32,000 nt of DNA from Geotalea daltonii FRC-32. GTDB lineage: Bacteria > Desulfobacterota > Desulfuromonadia > Geobacterales > Geobacteraceae. The stretch's first letter is position 1, and each line of letters opens with the position of its first letter. This document shows, piece by piece, positions 25,339 to 32,000 of this stretch. The notes beneath the pieces are model-generated. The model was not told where the DNA came from and ran no database searches. It was given only the letters and a program-made list of their open reading frames with translations. The stretch lies in contig NC_011979.1 in NCBI RefSeq assembly GCF_000022265.1, positions 60,001-92,000 of the forward strand. The letters are read 5' to 3'. Both the position numbers and the translations under genes were made by a program.

Positions 25339-28248
25339 TCATTTTCCTTTCCTTCTGATATCGACCGTGGTCATCAGTCCTTCCGGTGTGAAAGCCAGGC
25401 GGGCGTTGACCCTCTCCAGGGAGTTGACCAGGGAAAGTGTCTTCGACGACCGGTTGCCGGCGGCAGGCTGCTTGGGTTGCCAGACGTTGCCGTGGACCGT
25501 GCAGGTCACGGAGCCGCTCATGTCATCGATCATGTAGCGCCCGCCTGACGGGCAGTAGGGCTGGTAGCCGCGCAGTCCGGTCACGGTCGATTCAAGGCCC
25601 TCGGCCGGCACGCCGATGGTCTTGAGCAGGATGGATGCCAGGGGCAGGTTCTTCTGGCAGGCATGGCGCAGATCCTCCTGCCATCCCAGGCTGACGGTCT
25701 CCTCCAATTGTTTGAATGCGGAACGGTAGACCGACATCTCCATGTTCCCTTCCTGTTTGACCACTTTCTTCGCACTTCCTTTGGCTCCAGCATCCATCAG
25801 CTCAGTAACGATGTCGCGCCGCGAGGCGATCACCAGTCGATCGTCCACCACGGCGGAGTAGAGCCTCAGCTTTATGACCCACAGGTTGAACGCGGCCACA
25901 TAAAGCGGTTTACCACGATGGTCCTCGATACTGTAGGTTTCGACGCCCAAATCATCACTGCGGCTATGGCGGGGGCCGAGTGCCCGAAACAGTTGGGGAA
26001 TGGCGCGCGCTGCCTTTTGGGAGTCAGTGACTTTTACTGACATGTAGGTGGGGAGATTGAGGGCCGAGCCCAGATAGCCGATGACCAGAGGTTCCAGGGA
26101 TGACCGCCCCATCTCCTGCCCCATGAGCCCCAGGGCGTTGTGCCCCGCGGAAAAGAGCACCTGGCCGTCGCAGAGATTGAGGGAAATTTCGTCCCCCAGC
26201 CAGCCCGTGGGGAGATTGCCCCGCTTGGACAGCTCATGGAGCGGCGTGAGGCCATTCAGCCACTCTGTTGACATGTGACCCCGCAGCGACAGGATGGTGC
26301 GCGGCAGGACCATGCTCTCGGTCAGCGTGCCGGGAGAGCGACCGGAGAAAGCGGCCAGGCCATCGTACCAGGAGTTCTCGATCAGCGGCAGGATGCAGGT
26401 CTGAATGCGGATGTCCTTGCCCATCTTCACTCGAATGCCGATCGGATCGAAGAAGCGGGTCCAGTAGCGGTTATAGTTTTCGACGAATGCCTTGTAGCGG
26501 GCAGCCTCCAGGGGGGTGACCGACACCAGCGGGAGTTCGTCGACCGGGGTGAGTACCCCCTGGCGGTTATGGAGCGAACAGTGCGGCTCGCCATGACCAT
26601 CGATGTCGTAGTCGCCATGATCCGGACAGATGGTGGGATGCTCACCCAGGTAACCGCCATCCACGAGCTCCTTCATGGTTGGCTCGCGACGTTTCTCGGC
26701 CTTGAACCAGAGACGGGCATTGGCGATCAGCGCCATATTGCCGCTGCAGCGCATACGCCTGGCCTCTACGATCTTGGAGCGGGGACCGACCAGATTCCTG
26801 ATATGGGCATCGGACAGGTAGATGAAGATGTCTTCGTCCTTGGCGTTTTGGGGGAAGATGGTGCGCATGTAGCGGAAATCTTCGGCCTGGGCCAGGGAGG
26901 GGAGCCGCCCGGCCAGGACGGCAGCGATTTTTTCGATCTCTTTCTTACTGGTGGAGACAATGGCGGTGTTGCCGACGATCAAGGCACAGGAGGAGACCCG
27001 CCTGTCGGGGGATACAACGGCGACGCCACGGTGGCCGCCGATGGCGAACGGGGAGCGAACTGCGCCTCGCTTGGCGACTGCCTCGGCATAATGCTTATCC
27101 AGCTGCTTGCGGAACCGGTCCCGGTCCTTCAGGGAAAACAGCACCGTGAAAGCGGTCCCCTCCTTGAGAAAGGGATCGCTGCCGGTAAAGGCCATATCCG
27201 CCACGACCCGGTCGCCGAACCAGCGGGTGAGTTGGCTGTTTTCCAGGCAGAGCTGGCTGCTTACCTTCCGGCGCACCTGGAAGTCCCTGGCGCTTGTCTC
27301 GACCTGGTGCAGCAGATTGCCCCCCCATTCGTCCAAGAGGTCGGCCAGCTCAATCTCTTTGTTGATGTCGGCAAAGAAGACTGCGTAGTGGTCTTGGGGA
27401 ATGGCCGCCGCCAAGGGAGGCAGCTGGGGATTGCGACCCTGCAGCATATCCTGGAAGGGATGGGACTTGATCGTCGGGCCGCTCAGGCTGGAGAGCGGCA
27501 GCTCTGCCTCAGGTGCCGCTTCAGTCTTGAGGATTGCGTTCCGCTGTGCCGGGCTCTCAGGGCCGGTGCCCAGCAGTTCCAGCTGCAACGACTCCTGGAT
27601 AGCGGCGGCGCCGGTAAAGACGCTGTATAGGTCAGGCGGCTCCCGCCGGAAACGTGCTGTCGCTTCGTTTAGATTTGGTGGCAGGCCGTAGCGCGGGGCG
27701 ATGGCCAGGTTCCAGTAGTGGCTGAAGGAATCCTCCCCGTGGGGATCGGCCAGGGCGAGGCTTATCTGCTGTTGCTGGGCCCATGCCCGGCGCACTTCAG
27801 GATTTTCCTGGGGTGCGTCCGGGAGCTGGAAGGACAGCTTCACCAGAGGCCGGTGCGATTCGCCGGCTGTGCGGGCGGTGATGGTGAGCCGGATCGGGCC
27901 GCCATGGTCGTACCGGCCGGTAACGGTAAAGGTCCGCTCGGTAGCGCTCTCCGCTGGCGAATCCTCCGCGTCATCATCCCGGTCGGCTGGCGGCTTATTC
28001 TCATACTGAGCCTGGGCCGCAACCAGCCAGCAGTCCCCCGACTCCACCGTTACCCCCAGCCCCATGGGACCGGCCGGGGTATCCTTCGGCAGCGGGACCT
28101 GGAGGCGGAAATAGCCGTCATCGCCACTCCGATGAACCTCCGGGATGACGGGCTTCGTCGGGACCGTGGCGACACCGATTGCCGCCACCGCCGCAAGGGA
28201 AAAGCCGACAACAATGGGGATAATCAGTAACAGGGTGATTCTTTTCAT
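25339..28248 (-). CDS. large (969 aa) secreted or membrane-anchored protein of unknown function
   Basis: The ATG at 28248 has GGAGG 7 nt upstream (the tracked ORF starts 33 nt further upstream, at 28281). The N-terminus MKRITLLLIIPIVVGFSLAAVAAIG is a signal or anchor. I recognise no domain family. It contains two related Cys motifs (see findings). Confidence 0.8.
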   Translation of the reverse strand: MKRITLLLIIPIVVGFSLAAVAAIGVATVPTKPVIPEVHRSGDDGYFRLQVPLPKDTPAGPMGLGVTVESGDCWLVAAQAQYENKPPADRDDDAEDSPAESATERTFTVTGRYDHGGPIRLTITARTAGESHRPLVKLSFQLPDAPQENPEVRRAWAQQQQISLALADPHGEDSFSHYWNLAIAPRYGLPPNLNEATARFRREPPDLYSVFTGAAAIQESLQLELLGTGPESPAQRNAILKTEAAPEAELPLSSLSGPTIKSHPFQDMLQGRNPQLPPLAAAIPQDHYAVFFADINKEIELADLLDEWGGNLLHQVETSARDFQVRRKVSSQLCLENSQLTRWFGDRVVADMAFTGSDPFLKEGTAFTVLFSLKDRDRFRKQLDKHYAEAVAKRGAVRSPFAIGGHRGVAVVSPDRRVSSCALIVGNTAIVSTSKKEIEKIAAVLAGRLPSLAQAEDFRYMRTIFPQNAKDEDIFIYLSDAHIRNLVGPRSKIVEARRMRCSGNMALIANARLWFKAEKRREPTMKELVDGGYLGEHPTICPDHGDYDIDGHGEPHCSLHNRQGVLTPVDELPLVSVTPLEAARYKAFVENYNRYWTRFFDPIGIRVKMGKDIRIQTCILPLIENSWYDGLAAFSGRSPGTLTESMVLPRTILSLRGHMSTEWLNGLTPLHELSKRGNLPTGWLGDEISLNLCDGQVLFSAGHNALGLMGQEMGRSSLEPLVIGYLGSALNLPTYMSVKVTDSQKAARAIPQLFRALGPRHSRSDDLGVETYSIEDHRGKPLYVAAFNLWVIKLRLYSAVVDDRLVIASRRDIVTELMDAGAKGSAKKVVKQEGNMEMSVYRSAFKQLEETVSLGWQEDLRHACQKNLPLASILLKTIGVPAEGLESTVTGLRGYQPYCPSGGRYMIDDMSGSVTCTVHGNVWQPKQPAAGNRSSKTLSLVNSLERVNARLAFTPEGLMTTVDIRRKGK

Positions 28249-28289
28249 AATAGTACCTCCTGACGCAGATCCTTTTTTCATTCTTGAGC

Positions 28290-30971
28290 CTAATGTTCCT
28301 CACGATGTGGCGGCACCGGCGAAAACCAGCCGATGACCAGAAGAAGGAGTCCGACGGCGACGAAGGAGACGATCCGTTCCACGGTGCCATGCCCGGCCAG
28401 GTCCACCAGGAACAGTTTCAGGACGGCCATGCCGAGGAGTGCTGCCCCCGCCAGCCAGGCTGCACGCAGTCCGCGTCGTGTGGCCGTGACCATGGTGCAG
28501 AGGGCCAACAGGCTCCAGAAGATGGCAAAAGCGGTCTGGGCCAGTCCCGAATGCAGCAGTGCCTCTGGGGTAAAGGGGATGCCGCGCCAGTGGTGCAGCG
28601 CCCGGGCAAGGATCGAATTGAGCCAGATAAAGATGGTCAAGGAGCCTGCAGCGGTCAGCACCGTGCGGTTGCCGTCCACGAGTTCGGCCAGGTGGGGTAG
28701 CTGCAGCAGACGCTTGATCCACAATAAGAGGGTGGTAAAGGTAGTAACTATAGCCAGGTCGAGGGGGTTAAGAATCGGCAGCCAGGGGAAGGGCCACGGA
28801 TCACCACTGCATCCCAGTGACACAATCACTGCCCAACAGAGGGATACTACTGCCAGGGGCAAGGCCACGATGCCCAGGTACAGTTCTTCATGTTTTCGCA
28901 AAGGCCAGACAGACCTTTTGCCAGAGGTAATGCCAGCGAGCATGATGATGACAACGATACCCCGGCTGATGGTGAGCCAGCTGCCGGTTTTGCCGAAGAA
29001 GAAGTGCACCTGCCAGCCCAGTTCCCAGGTTGCCAGGTAAGCGGCCAACCAGACGGCACCGCCGTGGAGAAGGGTGCGGTTAATCGGCTGCAATTCATCC
29101 TCTTGCTGGTAAAGGAGCCACCAATGGGCGGCAAAGGCTGCCGGCCAGGCAAACCAGCCGCCGTGAGCCAATGGATGACGCGGCAGGTCGGGCAGGAGGA
29201 AACAGACCATGGCTGGCAGGAGCAAGAGGGGCGGGTAACTCAGGTCCTGCCAGGACAGGCGGCGCTGCAGGAGATGACAGGCCAGGCAGGAGGCGGTGAC
29301 GAAGACCAGGCTGAAGCCATAGGCGAGATCGGCTGCAGTGTGAAGATGAATCTCGTGCAGACCGCCGGCGAACCACCAGATGAGCCCCCACGCGGTCAGC
29401 AGGTGTCCGAGGGGCTGCTCCCAGGCCGCTGCCTGCCGCTGGTGCTGCCGGATGGTCCAGGAGCTCAGGAGCCCTGCCATGCTGATCAGGATGCCGCCCA
29501 GGTACAGGCCGTTCAGTATGGGCAGGTAACCTGTGGATGAAGGGAGATCGGCGATAAAGGCGATACCGCCGGCAAACTGGAGGATGATACCCAGTGCCCG
29601 AGCCAACTGACGCTTCTGGCGGAACCCGACCCAGATCAGGGCCGCTCCCTCCACGGCCCAGGCTGCCGAGGTCCAGCGACCGTCAAAGGCGAGGGGCACG
29701 GCAAGGGTGAGGAAGACGGCCCCGAAGGTGAGGAAGGCATCGGCAAGGGTCCGCAGGCGGTCATCGCTCAAGAACAGGTACAGAACCAGATAAAGCATCC
29801 CTGCTGCTAAGGCGCTCCAGGCGAGCCCGTAGCGGAAATTTTCCACCAACCCCGCCTGCAGAGCAAAGGCGGCGATGGGGGTGCCGAAGACAAGGGTGCC
29901 GTCGACGATCCCCTTGAGCTCCGGTGGCTGGCGGAAGGCGAAGAGAACGGCAATCCCCACATAGATGAGGAAGAAGAGGATGAGGAACGGCTCTACCGTG
30001 GTGAAATGGGCGGGATGATAGAACTGGACCCCCCAGATGGTGCCCAGAACAAATGTATAGGCGAAGCCTGCCAGATTTAGGGGGCGCCACGAGCGATACC
30101 AGGCGATGCCGACAATAATGGCGTTGAGCACGGCATAATAGCCGAAGAGAAAGGCGGGGCTACCGGTGCCGATGGACGCCAGGAGCGGCGCGATGAAGCC
30201 ACCCGAGATGCCGAACAGGGCCAGGGTGCGGGAACTCTGCACAACGGCCAGGGTGCCGCAGAGGCCGGAGATTGCCACCAGCAAGATGAAGGAGGCGGTG
30301 GGCGAAAGCAAGGCGAAGAGACGGAAGGCAGCGTAGGTGGTCAGGAAGAGAATGCCGATCCCGCCACCTTGTAGTGCCAGGGCATACTCAGCGCGACGGT
30401 CGCGCAACCGCCAGCCGGTGCCGAGAAGTGCCAGGCCCCCCATGGCGGTCAGTACGAGGCGCAACTCGATGGGGAAGTGGCCATGGGCTGCGGCATATTT
30501 GACCAGAAAGGAGACGCCGAAAAAGAGTATCACAATCCCCAACTTCACCAGCAGGTTGCCACCGGTAAAAAAGTTGGTGATGGCGTCCATGATCGGGGAT
30601 GGTTCAGGTGGCGTCTCGGCGACATACACCGGCCGGGGCGGATGCACGGCAGGTGCAGGTTTCTGGACTGTTTGCGCAGCGGGTACAGGGCCCTTGACGG
30701 GTGGGGAGGCCTTTGCCTGAGCCGGTTCAAAACCGGGTGCCGCTGCCATGGGCATGGTTGCCTCGGCCGTTACCTTTTCCTGGCGCTGTGTATGCTCTGC
30801 TAGCTTGCGGCGCAGCCAGCCTACCTCCTTTTCCAGGGCCGCAAACTTCTCCCGCAGCTCTGTCAGGCTCCCCATTAGCCACCCAACACATGCACCGAAG
30901 ATAGCGCCGGGAAAACGGTCCGTGGCCCCACCAATTACTGCGCCGATTAATACATAGAAAAGCGTAGGCAT
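28290..30971 (-). CDS. DUF2339-family polytopic membrane protein
   Basis: GGAGGAG RBS. The N-terminus has a glycine-zipper helix, then a coiled-coil (LTELREKFAALEKEVGWLRRKLAEH), then a Pro/Ala-rich linker, then about 25 TM helices over ~750 aa. This is the standard DUF2339 layout. Confidence 0.8.
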   Translation of the reverse strand: MPTLFYVLIGAVIGGATDRFPGAIFGACVGWLMGSLTELREKFAALEKEVGWLRRKLAEHTQRQEKVTAEATMPMAAAPGFEPAQAKASPPVKGPVPAAQTVQKPAPAVHPPRPVYVAETPPEPSPIMDAITNFFTGGNLLVKLGIVILFFGVSFLVKYAAAHGHFPIELRLVLTAMGGLALLGTGWRLRDRRAEYALALQGGGIGILFLTTYAAFRLFALLSPTASFILLVAISGLCGTLAVVQSSRTLALFGISGGFIAPLLASIGTGSPAFLFGYYAVLNAIIVGIAWYRSWRPLNLAGFAYTFVLGTIWGVQFYHPAHFTTVEPFLILFFLIYVGIAVLFAFRQPPELKGIVDGTLVFGTPIAAFALQAGLVENFRYGLAWSALAAGMLYLVLYLFLSDDRLRTLADAFLTFGAVFLTLAVPLAFDGRWTSAAWAVEGAALIWVGFRQKRQLARALGIILQFAGGIAFIADLPSSTGYLPILNGLYLGGILISMAGLLSSWTIRQHQRQAAAWEQPLGHLLTAWGLIWWFAGGLHEIHLHTAADLAYGFSLVFVTASCLACHLLQRRLSWQDLSYPPLLLLPAMVCFLLPDLPRHPLAHGGWFAWPAAFAAHWWLLYQQEDELQPINRTLLHGGAVWLAAYLATWELGWQVHFFFGKTGSWLTISRGIVVIIMLAGITSGKRSVWPLRKHEELYLGIVALPLAVVSLCWAVIVSLGCSGDPWPFPWLPILNPLDLAIVTTFTTLLLWIKRLLQLPHLAELVDGNRTVLTAAGSLTIFIWLNSILARALHHWRGIPFTPEALLHSGLAQTAFAIFWSLLALCTMVTATRRGLRAAWLAGAALLGMAVLKLFLVDLAGHGTVERIVSFVAVGLLLLVIGWFSPVPPHREEH

Positions 30972-30984
30972 AAAATGCTCCTCC

Positions 30985-31161
30985 CTAGCGCAGCATGACG
31001 CCGGTTCCCAAAGCCCGCTCCATGGCTCTGCGGATGCGATGGTACGACAGGGGCCGATGGGCCAGCCTTCGCCGATGCAGCGTGTAAAAGAGGGTGGTGG
31101 AAAAAACCAGGGCTAAGAATGGGAGAACAGCGACGGCGATATGGACGAGTAATGATTTCAT
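30985..31161 (-). CDS. 58-aa single-TM peptide with highly basic C-terminus, first gene of the DUF2339 operon
   Basis: This ORF is not in the supplied track (below 60 aa). My own translation is MKSLLVHIAVAVLPFLALVFSTTLFYTLHRRRLAHRPLSYHRIRRAMERALGTGVMLR. GGGAGG lies 7 nt upstream of the ATG. The stop is 13 nt before the DUF2339 ATG, and the intervening bases supply that gene's RBS. Confidence 0.55.
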   Translation of the reverse strand: MKSLLVHIAVAVLPFLALVFSTTLFYTLHRRRLAHRPLSYHRIRRAMERALGTGVMLR

Positions 31162-31198
31162 GGGTTACCTCCCTGTGATGCACTTGATGAAAGGTACA

Positions 31199-31215
31199 TA
31201 GCAGGGAGGGTGCCA
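31199..31215 (-). promoter_or_regulatory. candidate sigma-54 (-24/-12) promoter for the minus-strand operon
   Basis: The minus strand reads TTGGCAC-CCTCC-CTGCT. It has a perfect TGGCAC, the correct GG-to-GC spacing, and a -12 element CTGCT versus the TTGCW consensus. It lies about 40 nt upstream of the ATG at 31161. Confidence 0.35.
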
Positions 31216-31366
31216 AGCTTTCTGGTTCTGCTAACTATCCGTTTTTCCTTTTCTTATTTGATTGGTGGTGGGGCTATTGATAGGGAGCTGATGAACATGA
31301 TGTGCATTTTTTGTATGTATCCCATCATAAAATGTAGGCTAATTATCAATGACAAGAGGTGAGGTG

Positions 31367-31395
31367 GGCGGGGAACCATTTTCTTTTTCCCCGCC
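31367..31395 (-). terminator. possible terminator hairpin after the InlB-B-repeat protein gene
   Basis: GGCGGGGAA-ccattttcttt-TTCCCCGCC has a 9-bp GC-rich stem and sits 25 nt downstream of the minus-strand stop at 31421. No clean U-tract follows on the minus strand, so confidence is moderate to low. Confidence 0.35.
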
Positions 31396-31420
31396 AGGGA
31401 CCACTGGCGTTTTCTATCCA

Positions 31421-32000
31421 CTACTTCAGCGTAATGTCACTGACGGTTAGTGTCCCGCTCTTGATGGTCAACACCGGGATGATTGCCGTTCCTGTAAGCG
31501 TAGTGAAGGATGAATCATACCCCCCCTGCAAGGTGAGGGAAACGGGCCTGTCCATTACCAGCGACTGGCCGAGGTTGAGATCCCGTGCCTTGATGATGCT
31601 CCCGTCCGGTGAGTCGGTAAGGGCTTCCTGGATATATGCGTAGCACGCGGAGGATACCATCGACCCGCATCCGTAATAGTAGGCATTGACCGAACGGTCT
31701 TCGCTCATTGTGAGCGTGCAGGTGGTGCCGTTGCTGCTGCAGGCGCCGCTCCAAAAACCGAAGTAGGAGGTGGCGCCGGGAGAGGCGGTGAGGGTTACTA
31801 CGGTGTCTACGCCGTATGTCTGAGTACAGCCGCCGGAGGTGCAGGAGATGTCGGGGGAGGGCGAAGAATGGACATTGCCAATCGTGAGGGGGAAGTTGAG
31901 GCTCAGTACGGCGCTCGTCCTGGTGAAGGTCGCTGTAGCATTCTTTACCGCATCCATGACGACGGTACAGCTGCCCGTGCCGCTGCAGGCACCTGACCAG
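31421..32000 (-). CDS. surface/secreted protein with divergent InlB B-repeat domains, 3' part only (5' end lies outside the window)
   Basis: The frame stays open to the window edge (WSGACSGTGSCTVVMDAV...), so the listed Met at 31957 is internal. Two copies of the motif [F]WSGAC.(3-5)C.(1-2)TM are visible: WSGACSGTGSCTVVM and FWSGACSSNGTTCTLTM. This is typical of the divergent InlB B-repeat (Flg_new_2-like) domain. Confidence 0.7.
   Translation of the reverse strand, partial: WSGACSGTGSCTVVMDAVKNATATFTRTSAVLSLNFPLTIGNVHSSPSPDISCTSGGCTQTYGVDTVVTLTASPGATSYFGFWSGACSSNGTTCTLTMSEDRSVNAYYYGCGSMVSSACYAYIQEALTDSPDGSIIKARDLNLGQSLVMDRPVSLTLQGGYDSSFTTLTGTAIIPVLTIKSGTLTVSDITLK

Noticed and set aside
26275-27630. 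451-aa plus-strand ORF, plus many other long antisense ORFs (for example 17279-18064 minus, 24167-25177 plus, 3437-4102 minus, 28333-29040 plus, 281-841 minus)
   Set aside because: All lie entirely inside longer ORFs on the opposite strand that have clear domain signatures. Their translations are low-complexity and rich in R, G, A and P, as expected for shadow frames in GC-rich DNA. They have no RBS or motifs.
30947-31216. 89-aa minus-strand ORF from the supplied track
   Set aside because: It overlaps the DUF2339 start and has no RBS. A different frame gives a 58-aa TM peptide with a strong GGGAGG RBS and a proper junction to the next gene, so I annotated that frame instead.
1-32000. Scan for CRISPR arrays, transposases, integrases, toxin-antitoxin pairs, reverse transcriptases and rRNA
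   Set aside because: I saw no regularly spaced direct repeats, no DDE/HUH/recombinase-like translations and no small paired ORFs of toxin-antitoxin type. The only repeat structures are the intragenic cytochrome duplication, the 11-bp tandem at 2283-2304 and the palindromic element at 7289-7446.

Overview
GC-rich window whose gene content looks Geobacter/Desulfuromonadales-like (inference). Left edge: the 3' end of a histidine kinase, a REC-PAS-GGDEF diguanylate cyclase, tadA and tRNA-Ser(CGA). Next come 14 co-directional plus-strand genes (2648-22948). They are: a giant ~1500-aa multiheme cytochrome c with 26 heme-type motifs (20 CXXCH, 2 CX3CH, 4 CX4CH) behind CBM-like and Ig-like N-terminal domains; a ResB-like paralog; a WG-repeat lipoprotein; a bona fide System II cytochrome c synthase pair (ccsA, resB); a B12-binding radical SAM enzyme translationally coupled to resB; a polytopic-membrane/spermidine-synthase-like fusion; a small His-containing membrane protein; a MacB/FtsX-type ABC transporter (2 permeases plus ATPase); a DUF2318-type Cys-rich membrane protein; a second His-less ResB-like paralog; and a second B12-radical SAM enzyme. 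A 17-19 bp perfect bidirectional terminator (22991-23029) separates this array from a minus-strand operon (31161 down to 23059). That operon encodes a 58-aa membrane peptide, a DUF2339 polytopic protein, a 969-aa secreted protein of unknown function, a CX5R phosphatase lipoprotein and a secreted YiiX-like permuted papain-fold amidase. The right edge holds the 3' part of an InlB-B-repeat surface protein. I saw no CRISPR array, transposase, integrase, rRNA or recognisable defence genes. The best candidate for an undescribed system is the cytochrome / ResB x3 / CcsA / B12-rSAM x2 / aminopropyltransferase-like / ABC-DUF2318 array. I interpret it, as inference only, as a dedicated maturation or assembly pathway for the atypical multiheme cytochrome. 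A 158-bp MITE-like palindromic element and two sigma-54-type promoter candidates are also noted.
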